A stretch of DNA of 64,000 bases from the human T2T-CHM13v2.0 reference genome, Homo sapiens. The stretch lies in the NCBI RefSeq assembly GCF_009914755.1, contig NC_060939.1; one strand, written 5' to 3'. Below, piece by piece: positions 1 through 19,530 of the stretch. The position numbers were made by a program, and so were the translations under genes. The notes below the pieces were generated by a model. That model was not told the DNA's origin. It did not search any database and worked only from the letters and a program-made list of their open reading frames with translations. Position 1 is the first letter of the stretch, and every line of letters begins with the position of its first letter.

Positions 1-222
1 AATCCTCATTTCAGGTGCAACTACAATATATAATTGGAAGTATATTTTTATATTTTGGCATTTCATTTACTCCAACAAACTCAGTATTTTTTACTTTTCT
101 TCTCACTTAATACTGTGGCTTCACGACTCCTAACAGTCATAGACACATAATAAATCCTGGTGACTAAACAGCAATGTTCTCACTGTATACATCTCACATT
201 GTTTACTTGCAGTAGTACAAGT

Positions 223-478
223 GGACTGTATGTATGTTAACCAACTTACTATGATTCGTATTTTTCAATCTTATGATGGGTTGTGACATAACCCCACATT
301 AAGTGGAGGAGAGCTCCTTAAAACTTAAATGGGGTTACAGTTTCTACTGCACGTGTATCACTTTCTCACCATCACAAAGTTGAAAAATCATACACTGAAC
401 CATCATCTCTGTTGCCAACATTACATACATTTTCGACTTACGATATTTTCAACTTATGATGAGTCAAGGAGCATCTGT
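223..478. mobile_element. MER47/Tigger5-like DNA transposon fragments
   Basis: cattttcgacttacgatattttcaacttatgatg...ggagcatctg|ta terminus; family recalled. Confidence 0.65.
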
Positions 479-840
479 AGTAGCTTCAAAATGAATTCAC
501 TCAGCATCAAAGGGAGACTACATTCCCTGAGAAATATTCTCAGCACCGCTATTTCCTGCAAACTAGCTGGGTCAGGCTATCCTAATACTAACGCAAAATC
601 TTCACATTGCTGGACAGCAACGTCACTGCCCTTACAGGAATCCAAGTGGTAGGGTTATTATAGTTTTTCCACTTGTCCTTAACATTGCTTCCTTTTTCCT
701 AATATAAAAATCAACAGCTAGACTACTTAGAATTACCACTGCTAGATTTTTGTTCAGAACAAGCAGAGTTTTTAGGGTTGCTTGGAAGAGCATTAACGAT
801 CATTAATTAAATCAATTACTCCTTTAGAAAACAACAACAC

Positions 841-4750
<3,910 letters not shown>

Positions 4751-5167
4751 AAACATTTTTTAAAAAAGATGATGGAGTTAACTGGACTCAAACTGAAGTT
4801 TTAAAAAGATGAAGAGTCAGAGATCCTTAAGGATAAAGACAAAATTAGTCTGTCTCTTTCATTAAATTCTTATTTGCTGGTAGATTCCGACTCAGAGTCA
4901 GAGAAAGTTTAACTGCTTAAGCTCTACTACCTTTAAAGCTCTGGTCAAGTTTCCAGAAAACTTATTTCTATTGAGCAGTAATGTACAAAGCTAAGCACTT
5001 ACATCAGATTTTTAAATGTAAGAGACATATCATACTCTGAAGTTCATTTCGGGCATGATTTCATCAAACCAAAACATTATGGAATTTACTGCTACAGCTG
5101 AAATGCCTTTTGTGCTCTCAAACACACCAGTTAAATTTTAAAAATAAAATAAAAAAACATGGTTTGC

Positions 5168-5282
5168 TCCTACAACTACAACATAGGATGGGGCTGTGCT
5201 GGAAATGGACACCATTAGGAAAGTTTGTTTTATGATTCTAAACACTTTAATTATTCCTTCCAGCTTCCCATCCTAGTAATAT
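5168..5282. repeat. Dispersed direct repeat copy 2 (hairpin unit)
   Basis: About 90% identical to 4441-4557 by eye. Confidence 0.92.
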
Positions 5283-7458
5283 ACAGAGCAAGAAAAATTT
5301 CACACACAACAGTGACTGACAAATTGGGGAGGTGGAAGCAACAAAAAGGATTTATTAACTACCTGAAAATGATTTACATTTTAAGTTAAATTTCCACCAC
5401 AACTTCTAATCTACACAAATTTCTCCTTTCTCTCATATGCTAAAACAAATACATTCAATCTCAATGTGCTGAAGTCTACAAATCATCATACAAAGATCTT
5501 ACAAGTGACCAAAAATAGCTCAGATTAGTAGATAAAAATACCCCATAGTTACAATAAAATTACAAGTATCTCCAAGTACCCAAAAGCTAGAATCTTGATA
5601 CTAATTTTAAAATAAAACTAATAAAACTTGTCTTATGTTTTTTGAAAAAGTTCTGCTTAACAAAAACACCAAAAATTAGCCTTTTAACCAATGCTTAATG
5701 CAATAAAGGACTCTGGAAATATGAATTTAGAAAATTTTTGTATAAGAGTTTTAACCCACAAACATGTTATTCAATTGTTTTTTCTTCAAATATAAGACTA
5801 CATCAGTTTCTTACTGTTTTCATTATTTTTAAAAGAACATTTAGTATACTACTACTCAGTAAAGTGCCTCATGTGTTTGTCTTACTTTTTATTACCTTAT
5901 AGAGAACAGTGTCTTAACTCCTGAATTTAATCACAAAAAGTGAAAAAAGATAGGAAAACGATTTGTTGAAAGCCACGTTTAGAACAGAAATAACAAATGT
6001 CAGATGAAAAAGGCTCCTCTAACAGAGAGTCTCCCGCACATAATCCTTTTTAAAACTAAACATCTATTATCAGCTCTTAATCTATAATGTGTGTCTTGCT
6101 TGATGAATTGGATTGAAAAAAATTAAATAAAACGTGTAACAAAAAAATGAACACTACAAACTATAACAGAAGTCTGCCTACGCAGTACCACCCTCGGACT
6201 CGGTAGAATACAGGACAGAAATACACTTGGTCCTGCAGTCATAAGTCAAAGTGGCAAAGAAAAAAACAGAAACAATACATTACATGAAATAGATATTTTC
6301 TAAATTATCAAAGGCTACAGACACTCATCCAAAGCATTCCTCAAATTTTTTCAATCGTTGCTTTTAGGCACACCTTGAGGTTTTTAAGTTTACTCTGGGG
6401 CAAGTCAAAAAGCTTACCTAAAATAAAGCACTTTAAGCAAGAATAAAATGATGCAGCTGGTCCTAGAACACACCGGAAATAAAAATCGTTGTCTTCAAAA
6501 CCCGAAACAAGAAATGACATGCTTTTAGCAAATTTGACTTTCATGTGCAGGGGGGAGGGGGCACTGTTTTGACAATCCACTAACTACACTGTACATCTAC
6601 TCCACCTGAAAGTTTAACGAAACTCTTCAAGTTGGGTCACCCAGGGACCGAACTTCTACTCTAAGAGACCCAATCCAGCCTACAAATCAAAGAACATCCC
6701 CAAATGGTTTACCCTTCTCCCGACCAAACCCTTTCCCCTGGGCGACAGAATGTTTTCAAGAACACCAACACACCCTCCTGTGATCTCTCTCCAAACACAG
6801 GACACAGGAAGAACCGAGGCCACTAGTCTCAGATAAGCGGGTGATGACTGCTGCCACTCCACGGGCGGCCCCTCTGCAGAATGGGGTCGGTCAGGACCGG
6901 CGCGCCGGGTAAAGAACAATACACGAGCCCAGCTGCAAACAACACAACTTCCCACGAGTCTGCGCGGCGGGTCTCGGCGGCGGAGAGGACTTCGGAATCC
7001 GCCACCGGGCAGGGGCTGGGGGAGGAATGGTGAGCAGGATGAGCGCTGAACGAGGACGGCGAGACCGCCAGCCTCGCTGCGGCTGCCTGCACCGGCGCCC
7101 GCCGAGCAGACTGGAGGGATGCAGCCACCAGCCTGGGTTCCACCGCTCTCACCAGGCGACGCGGATGCCCCGACTTCGCTTCTCTGGGAGGCGACCCCCG
7201 CCTCCCGGGGCCGCCAGGGCGGTGGGGGGCGGGGAAGGCCTCGCCGGAGGCTTGGGAGCCTCCTCGGCCCGCCACCGAAGGGAAAGCGGTCGGGGCGCGG
7301 GGGACAATAGGGAGCGGGGAGCGCGGCCCGCCAGAGTGGCGCCGCTGGCCGGCTGGGCTGACTGACGCGCACGCCGCGAGGCGCGACTGGGCTCCGCTCG
7401 GCCCGGCCGCCGCTCCGCCGTGGTCGCGGCGCCCCCGGCGCTCGCAGTCGTGCCTCAC

Positions 7459-7513
7459 CTCCCATCCCCGCCGCCCAGGAGAGGAGCAGAATTAACACTC
7501 TCAGCAACACCAT
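7459..7513 (-). CDS. ADAM10: ADAM10 exon 1 coding part (signal peptide MVLLRVLILLLSWAAGMG + first base of Gly19)
   Basis: ATG at 7513-7511 in strong context (aagATGG). The translation is the known ADAM10 N-terminus. The 55-nt CDS is followed by a canonical donor G|gtgag (7458-7454). Confidence 0.97.
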
Positions 7514-7516
7514 CTT

Positions 7517-7547
7517 CCGCTGCCGCTGCCGCCGCCGCCGCCTCCTC
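7517..7547 (-). repeat. Short imperfect (GGC)n tract abutting the ADAM10 start codon
   Basis: Plus strand ccgctgccgctgccgccgccgccgcctcctc. Confidence 0.8.
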
Positions 7548-7552
7548 ACGGG

Positions 7553-7567
7553 TTAACAGCAGCACAT
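7553..7567 (-). promoter_or_regulatory. ADAM10 uORF2 (MCCC*)
   Basis: ATG TGC TGC TGT TAA read directly. Confidence 0.75.
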
Positions 7568-7863
7568 CGATCCGGAGGGAGAAGCTGAAGGGGCTTGGTC
7601 CGGAGCCTCCACGGGAAGCCGGGACCTCCCCTGGCAGGAGAAACGGCGAAGCACCTCCCTCTCGCTCCACTTCAGGGGCCGGCAACGCTCCTAGCTCCTC
7701 CAAAACAGGGACCTCCCTCCCCCTCGTTCGTTTCCTTCCTCCTTTCCCCGCTTTCCTTCCCTTGCTCGTTCCCTCTTCTCTCCCCCCCTCCTTCGAAACT
7801 CAGACCTCCGCCTCCTTCCTCACCACGTGACGCGCGGGCACCCAACTGGCACGCGGAGCCGCG

Positions 7864-7892
7864 CCCCTACCTCCCGCCCCTACCCGTCCCCC
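7864..7892 (-). promoter_or_regulatory. RNA G-quadruplex in ADAM10 5'UTR
   Basis: Minus strand reads GGGGGACGGGTAGGGGCGGGAGGTAGGGG (five runs of >=3 G). It corresponds to the described translational repressor of ADAM10. Confidence 0.9.
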
Positions 7893-7915
7893 AGGCGCTT
7901 CAGGGGCGCGCGCAT
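7880..7915 (-). promoter_or_regulatory. ADAM10 uORF1 (MRAPLKRLGDG*)
   Basis: ATG 7915-7913, TAG 7882-7880, read directly. Confidence 0.75.
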
Positions 7916-8609
7916 GCGCGCGGGGGACGGTTCCCGTGCTGCTAGGCCTGCCGCCGCTTCCTGTCCGCCGGCGGAGAGCTGGGATTGGGCTTGGGAGGCG
8001 GGGTTTGTCCTGGTCCCGCCCCGGGGCGGGAGCGCTCCTACGCGGAGATAGTGCTCCGCTACGTGTTAGAGCTGCTGAGGACCTTCCCTTGGGCTAAAAT
8101 GGTCCGTGGAAGATGTAAGCAGGGCTGCTTTCGACTTCTTAACGTCACAAGTAACAGAGGTTTTTTTTCTTCTTTTTCTGCCTCTCTTGGTGCACCACAG
8201 CTACCAAGTAAACAAAAAGTCCCAACAAGCAGTAATTATAGCGGCAGCTGCCCCAGTGATGCGAACATAAATGCAAAGACCTTCAAGCAGCAGGAAAAAA
8301 AGACACCATGTCCGAGATGTAATTTTCCGAGCTCTTTACAAATTTATGTCACAGACTAAGGCTTTAGCCTTTGCAAAAGCATGCAACCTGAACCAGACTG
8401 TCTTGAATCTCCAGTCCAGAAAATGTCCTCTTTTCTCTCTGTCACATCTTTGAAGCGAATCCACGCACATCTTCTCCCCAACTTCTTAAAGCTTGTGTTT
8501 GTTTTCTCGTAACTCATTTTGATTCTTTAAACTTGGATGTCATGAACTAGAACTTTTTATGGCCATTTAATTAGATATTCTTCATCTATTTGGTATCGTG
8601 CTTGAGTAG

Positions 8610-8627
8610 GCCGAATTAGGGAGAGTG

Positions 8628-8658
<31 letters not shown>

Positions 8659-8771
8659 AAATTGTTTTGTTTTGCTTTCTAAAGACAAGGTCTCCGCTGT
8701 CTCGCCAGGCTGAAGTGCAGTGGTGTGATCATAGCTCACTGTAACCTCCAACTCAAGCCGAATTAGGGAGA

Positions 8772-8802
<31 letters not shown>

Positions 8803-8893
8803 TTTGTTTTGCTTTCTAAAGACAAGGTATCCGCTGTCTCGCCAGGCTGAAGTGCAGTGGTGTGATCATAGCTCACTGTAACCTCCAACTCAA
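8610..8893. repeat. Two-copy tandem duplication (147 + 137 bp) containing (TG)n and part of an Alu monomer
   Basis: gccgaattagggagag(TG)n...aactcaa at 8610-8756 and 8757-8893. Confidence 0.95.
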
Positions 8894-9065
8894 GCGATCC
8901 TCCCGCCTCGGCCTCCCACAAGTGCTGGGATTACAGGCGTGAGCCACTGCGCTCGGCCTTAATGTTATTGATACTGTAATAAACTGGAATTCCTATACTG
9001 TTACCTGTATATTTTATACCATTTATTACCATTAACATAAGTGAAGAGAATTTTTTTTTTTTTGA

Positions 9066-9284
<219 letters not shown>

Positions 9285-9776
9285 TGATCCGCCCGCCAGC
9301 CTCCCAAAGTGCTGGGATTACAGGTGGGAGCCACCGAGCCTGGCCATAAGAGTCTTCTTTAATTCTCAGTTTGAGAAATGAATGATTCTAGTTTTGCTGC
9401 AACATTAATAGGCTCAAAAACGGACGTTTCAAAACCATCATAATTGTATCCATTTATAATGAGATACATGGAATCATCAAAGGATGGCAGAATCTCACGA
9501 ATGGTTTTTTTTTCCTTCATTAAAATATTCAGTCTTAGGAAATAGTTACCTGCAGACATTACATCTCATATCACCTGTGCTTTTTACTAATCTCTTGTGG
9601 TAGTGCTGTCAACAAATGATATTTTTATTTTCCAGCTCTTAAACCACCTTATAGCATGTTTTCTGTTGCACAGTATTTTTATAATGAATTCCAGTGATTA
9701 GAGGCAAATGGCACTTTCCCTTAAAATTCAACTGGAAAAAACTCCAAAGCCATATTTTGCATTACTAAGATGATTA

Positions 9777-10190
<414 letters not shown>

Positions 10191-10193
10191 TCA

Positions 10194-10310
<117 letters not shown>

Positions 10311-10321
10311 TTAATTAATTA

Positions 10322-10520
<199 letters not shown>

Positions 10521-10524
10521 TCAA

Positions 10525-10576
10525 GCACGAATGGCATTACATACCAGCATGCACGAATGGCATTACATACCAGCAT
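10525..10576. repeat. Perfect 26-bp tandem duplication
   Basis: gcacgaatggcattacataccagcat x2. Confidence 0.95.
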
Positions 10577-10787
10577 GATAATGAATGGTATTCCAGTGTT
10601 ACAAGTTTGGGCTACTATTTTAACTTAATTCATTATTGATATTTTGCAAATGTATGGAAAACTGATGAAATATTAAAGTATAAGGTCTGCATCTACACTA
10701 TCACAGACTGCCTGGGTTTCACTCCTAGCTCTGCCATCTATAAACCGTGTGACTTTTGCCAAGTTTTTTTGCCTTCTAACCTCAATA

Positions 10788-10820
<33 letters not shown>

Positions 10821-13052
10821 AGACAGGAACTCACTTTGTCACCCAGGCTGGGGTGCAGTGGTGCAACCACAGCTCACTGTAGCCTCAGCCTCCAGGGCTG
10901 AGGTGATCCTTCCCCTCAGCCTCCCAGGTAGCTGGGACTGCAGATGGGGGGGCCCCACGCCGGGCTAATTTGTTGTATTTTTTGTAGAGATGGGGTTTCA
11001 CCATGTTGCTCAGGCTGGTTTCAGACTCCTGGGCTCAAGTGATCTGCCCACCTTGGCCCCCTCAAAGTGCCAGGATTACAGGTGTGAGCCACTGCACCTG
11101 GCCTCAATATTTCTTTTGTAAAATGACAATGAAAAAATATTTGCCTCAGCAGATTGTTTTGATGATTACATTTAAATTAGTTAATATCTGTTATTAGTTA
11201 CTTTTAACTAATTTAACTAATAATTTTAACTAATTATCTTCTAATATTAGTTAATAGACCTGGAATATAATAATTGCTATGTAACTATTAAGTAAAAAAA
11301 ATGTAACTATTATGGTCACTGCATGAACACTCAAACATCCACTTGAAAGCCGTAATTATTTTAATAGCATTATTTCCTCAGGAACAATACAGTTTTGATA
11401 TTACCAGTATAATAAAAGTTATCCTCAAGTTTTAGTAATGGGAAATTCAGCTTTTAAGCAAATGCTCATATATTATACAGTGTAATAGACAAGTAATACT
11501 AGAGGAGAATGCTTGTTGCACAGACCGAAGGCCAATGCTGGTAAACATTTCAACGATTACATTGTGAATTTCCAAATTCTACTAAACTGCCTGCTGGATG
11601 TCCCACTGTCATGCCAAACTCAATATATTTAACTTCTTATCTCTGATACTGGCACTACCACTATCCCAGAAACCTGGAATCATTTTAGCCTGGGCACTGC
11701 AGCTCACGCCTGAAATCCTAGCAATTTGGAAGGCCAAGGCTGGAGGATCACTCGAGCCCAGGAATTTGAGACTAGCCTCAACAACATAGTGAGATCCCAT
11801 CTCTATTTAAAAAAAAAAGGGGGGGAATCATTTTAGATTATTCTTTTGTCACCAAGTCATATTGATTATTCCCTAAAAATGTCTTTGTGCCTTTAATGCT
11901 CCCCTTCTCACTGCTGTTGCTCTGATTGGCTAGCACTCTGAAAGTATTCCAGTGTTACAAGTTTGGACCACTGCTTTACTTTAATTATAGTATTTTATCT
12001 AGCTTAGATTGCTGCAGAACACCTAACTTATATCCCTTACTCCAGTCTCTCTTCCTTTTGGTCCTGCTTTTAAACTGCTTGTTAATCCACCGCAATTTGT
12101 TCCCACCTAGCTTTGTAAGAAGCTACTCTTGCTAGGGCCATCAAAGACATCAAAGATGTGTTAGTGATCAATTCCACTAGACATCTTCACTCCTTATCTT
12201 ACTGGACCTTTCAGACAACACTCTCTCCTCAAAACTCCCTCTTCTAACAGTTTCCAAACCTTCACTCACTCTGGACTTTCTTCTTTACTTTAATTGTACT
12301 TTCCTCTACATCTTTTTCCTGTGACTTTTTCTTCTCTTTACTGCACAATTAGTGATCTTCAAGATTTTACCCTTGGCTTTCTTATCTTCTCATTTTCACT
12401 TGCATGATATTTTACTACCCCCAAATGTATGCAACTCATTAGGCTATAAACTCCGTGAAAACAAAGCCTGGGTCTGTCTTGACAATGCCTATCACATTGT
12501 CAGCACATTTCCTGGAACAGTATTCCAATCACTTTTTCTTGGAACATTTCCTATGCCCCCAAACCCAAGACCCATATCCTAGTTGCACAACTTCCTAGCC
12601 ACCTGACCTTAGGTAAGTTAAGGCACCTGTTGCACAGTTTCCTAATCTTTACAATGGGGAAAATAGTGGTATCTACTTCAGAGCGTTGCTATAGGAGTCA
12701 AATAATTTAACAGATGTAAAGCACTAAGAACAGTGCATAGCATACAATTACTATTATAAAATATTTTAGATGTTGTTATTATTACATATCCAACTCTTAC
12801 TAGTCATCTCCTACCTGAAATTACACAGCCATACTCCGTAACATGTCCCAAACTGAAAAACCCCTACATCAACCTACCCAAACCTTCTCTTCCTCCTAAA
12901 TTCCCTATTTAGGTTAATGGCAACACCATCCACTCAATTACCTAAACTCCCATCCCAGTAGATAGATTATCAAGTCACCTTTATTCTCCATTGTATGAAG
13001 TCCCTCTACCTACCTTTACTGCCACTGCCCAAGCCTTGGTCTTCCTGTCTCA

Positions 13053-13463
<411 letters not shown>

Positions 13464-13511
13464 TCATGATCTAGTCATTGTTTTCCTTGCCAGCTTTGTC
13501 TTTCACCACTC

Positions 13512-14260
<749 letters not shown>

Positions 14261-14867
14261 TCCAGCTCTTTCCTACTTTATCTTCTAAAAGTAGCAATTG
14301 CAAAAATTACAATAACAATAATAGCTAGCAGGTCGGGAGTTCGAGGAGTGGTAAGGTAATGGCAACTTAAATAACTTGCCCAAAATCAGAAAGCTGGTGC
14401 ATGGCAGAACCAATGCCTAAAGTTAGATCTGCCTCAAGAGCATGTGCTTTAATCACAATATGCTGCTGTTCAACTGCAGTTGGTTTCCCAAACACATATC
14501 ACTTTCCTCTTCGACATCTCTGCACATGTTATTCCCTCCAGGAGGAATGCTTCTCCCATTTATCCTATAAATTCTATGAAATTAGGCTCAGAGAATCCTT
14601 TCAATAATTCATTTTAAGACACTTTTTTGTTAGGATTTTACTTTCTGTATAAAAGAGGAATCAGAGAAGAAAAGGACTTTAAAAATCCCTTCTGGGCCTG
14701 GGCACGGGGGCTCATGCCTGTAATCTCAGCACTTCGGGAGGCCCGGACAAGAGGATTTCTTGAGTCCAGGAGTTCAACACCAGCCTGGGCAATATAGCAA
14801 CACCCTGTCTTCTTTTTCTGTTTCTTTCTTTTTTTTTTTTCCTAAGAGATGGAGTCTTGCTCTGTAG

Positions 14868-15122
<255 letters not shown>

Positions 15123-15986
15123 TGACCTTTTTTGTTTGTTTGTTTGAGACAGAGTCTCACTTAGTCACCCAGGCTGGAGTGCAGTGGTGAAATCTCGGCT
15201 CAAGGCAACCTCTGCCTCCTGGGTTCAAGCAATTCTCATGCCTCAGCTATCCAAGGAGCTGGGATTACAAGCATGCACCACCATTCCCGGCTAACTTTTG
15301 TATTGTTAGTAGAGACAGGGTTTCACCATGTTGGCCAGGCTGGTCTTGAACTGCTGACCTCAGGTAATTTGCCCGCCTCAACCTCCCAAAGTGCTGGGAT
15401 TACAAGCATGAGCCACCGTGCTTGACCAACGAGATCCTGTCTCTACAAAAAATAAAACAATTAGCCGAGCATGGTGGCACATGCCTGTACTCCCAGCTAC
15501 TTGGGAGGCTGAGGTGGGAGGATCACTAGAGCACAGGAGGTTGAGACTGCAGTGAGCTATGATCACACCAGTTTACTCCAGCCTGGGCAACACAGTGAGA
15601 CCCTGTCTCAAAATTAAAAAAAAAAAAATCCACGTCTAGGGAAAAGAGAACAGTGAAATACGGTATTTATAACTTACAGCAATTAGAACACATTCCCTTA
15701 AAATGTAAAGGAATAGACATTCTTAAATATATGGCTCAGGCTTCTTCCCTTCTGTAAAATTTTAAACTTGCCCTCTAGACAAAACTTAATGTCTACCATT
15801 TACATAATTCTAATGTAGCTTTATCAAACTATATTGTATTTTTTAAAATATCTTCCCTATTCTATTTAGAATGTCTATTCTAATGGAATAGACAGTCTTG
15901 CTCTGTCACCCAGGCTGGAGTACAGTGGGACTCACCACAGCCTCAAGCTCCTGGGCTTAAGTGATCCTCCTGCCTCATCCTCCTAA

Positions 15987-16346
<360 letters not shown>

Positions 16347-17704
16347 TAATCTAACCCCACTCCAGTTATCCCTGTCAGTATTTGAGTTTATGACCCGTTT
16401 TAAAAACTAGACCAAGTTCAAAATGGTCCTTGAAGTTTTTTCCTAGATCCCCCTTGCCATAGTAATCTCAATCACATTTTAGTCTGAAACACCTATGATT
16501 TATATCTCTCATCTGCAATTAACCATGTGTTACTTTCTGGAAATTCTATTATCCCAGTGTTAAGGACAGCAGAGATAGGAAAGTTTTGAGGCAAAGCAGA
16601 GGACAACCCACAACGTTACAGGATGGCAATGATAATAATCATTCATTCATTTGACAAGTATTTATTTTGTTCCTACTATGGGGATTTCCAGATTACCAAA
16701 ACAAAACAAAACATGATCCTGACATGGTACCAGGTACCTTGGTAAGAAATTTATGTACATGATTCCATTTACTCTTTGTAACAATGCTATGAATTAGATA
16801 TATCTCATTTAACAGATGAGGAAACAGGCAGACCAGGCTTCTAATCGAAGTTTGTTTGACTCCAAATCTTGTAGTCTGGTCTTTTGAATTACTGGGTAAA
16901 TGCATCCTTATTATCATTGCCATGGTCCAGAATCTACCTGTTAGCTTTCAAGGCCCAGAAGCTAGATTTTTCTCAGTGCAACCTGATTTGATCAACTGAC
17001 AAGCACTAATTTATAGGAGCTAAACTCTTAAGGGACTTAGGTCTTAAAATGTCACCTCATAATTTTATGAGTTAGCTATTCATGTTAGCAAGTCAATGCA
17101 TTATTTCTTGTCAATAGTTGAGAAGCTAAAGCATAATTCAAAGTGGCTTAGTAAGCAAGGCATCACTGAAGAAAAAATTAACTGAATGATTTTGCTGGCT
17201 AATTCATCCAACTATTCAACTTACCATGCCACAGTAGAATCTATCGAGGGAATAGATAGGTACCAGACCATCCACATGTTCAGGGGACCTCCACAATAGA
17301 TGGTGATCAAAGCATACTTCAGCAAACCCTTACACTGTGGGATATTCTCTGGACTCCATGCAGACCACCGTCTCCCTTCCAGTTATTATATGCTTTCTTT
17401 GGGAATAATATAATTGTTTAGACCACTTTTTTTTGCATTTATTCAGACTTTGATTCTATTTCCAGCCTTACTCTCACTTCTTTTAAACACTGAACGAATC
17501 CTATCTTCTAAAGTAACTGTTACAAATAGCTAAGCTGGCTGGGCACCGTGGCTCATGACTGTAATCCCAGCACTTTGGGAGGCCAAGGCAGGTGGATCAC
17601 AAGGTCAGGAGTTCGAGACCAGCCTGGCCAATATGGTCAAACCCCGTCTCTACTAAAAATATAAAAAATTAGGCCAGGCACAGTGGCTCATGCCTGTAAT
17701 CCTA

Positions 17705-18203
<499 letters not shown>

Positions 18204-18446
18204 CTACCCCTTAAGCAATGTCTATAGGGGTCATATTTTTATTTTACTTGTAGACACTTACGTTTTGTCTTCCTAACCACATTGTGACCAACTTGAGGGC
18301 AGTGGCAATAATAATATATTTGAAAATATCTTTATAATTTATAAACTCTTTATTATAAGTTCCATTTCTTCACAGTACCACACAGCAAAATTAACCAAGC
18401 TATTTTCCTCCTGGTTTTTGTTTCTTTGTTTGTTTTTTTAATAGGA

Positions 18447-18662
18447 ACCATTCAGACTGCATCCTTTGCCTCTTACTCTCCCAAAGGAAGAGAAGAACAA
18501 TCATCAATGGCAAATGGCAGTTGCAGTGAAGCAACACCAGGACCCGGCTTCACGCTCAGGAGAGAACGCTGCGCCTCCTCCTTGTGGTTTCTGGTGTTCT
18601 ACACATTCAGAGAAAATTCTCTAGTAACGAACTATACAAATGATCCCTGAAAGTATAGTCTT
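18447..18662 (-). pseudogene. Full-length U3 snoRNA (SNORD3-like) copy, probably a retropseudogene
   Basis: Minus strand AAGACTATACTTTCAGGGATCATTT...CTGAGCGTGAAGCCGG...TTGATGATTG...GTCTGAATGGT, 216 nt. A-rich 3' tail (~18440-18410) and A-rich 5' flank with a degenerate TSD. Confidence 0.93.
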
Positions 18663-19110
18663 CCTTTTTTTTTTTCTTTTACAAAATGTGAAAACTGAAG
18701 AGAGGTTAATTTACGAATTTAATTTTACCCAAGCTTGTAAAATTAGTCAGTGGCAGGACCAGGTTCTTGTGGTCTCCATTCATCACACTTTCGGTTACAT
18801 TGGGTTGCCTCCATGTGACCATGCTTCATATTCTCTTTTGTGCCCCAAAGCACCACATCTAGATAGTCAGTGAAAATTATGGAGGTTCATTATTGTGATT
18901 ATAAACCAAATGGGTCAGAATTCTTACTGTATGCATATTAACAATTGACAACTATACTTCTCAACAATGCAAGTAGTTTTTGACTGATATCATTCTAGGT
19001 CAGTGTTCCTCAATGTATAGCTAGTGAAATACCTGCATTAGAGTTACTTAGGATGCTTATCAAAACCACAGAGTCCCCAGCCTGGGCAATACAGAGAGAA
19101 CTCATCTCTA

Positions 19111-19530
<420 letters not shown>

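Larger units (their letters stand above)
7514..7957 (-). other. ADAM10: ADAM10 GC-rich 5'UTR (long form ~444 nt; TSS approximate)
   Basis: GC-rich leader with two uATGs and a G4. The recalled 444-nt UTR length puts the published G4 (nt 66-94) exactly on 7892-7864. The TSS itself cannot be read from sequence. Confidence 0.75.
6830..8080. promoter_or_regulatory. ADAM10 CpG island / TATA-less promoter
   Basis: High GC and CpG density. E-box CACGTG 7824-7829 (GTCACGTGG on minus, USF-type), NRF1-like GCGCATGCGC 7910-7919, CCAAT on minus ~7984-7988, GC boxes ~7996-8030. Confidence 0.9.

Noticed and set aside
6829-8359. Multiple overlapping 60-210 aa ORFs around ADAM10 exon 1
   Set aside because: CpG-island stop-codon depletion; low-complexity R/G/P/A translations.
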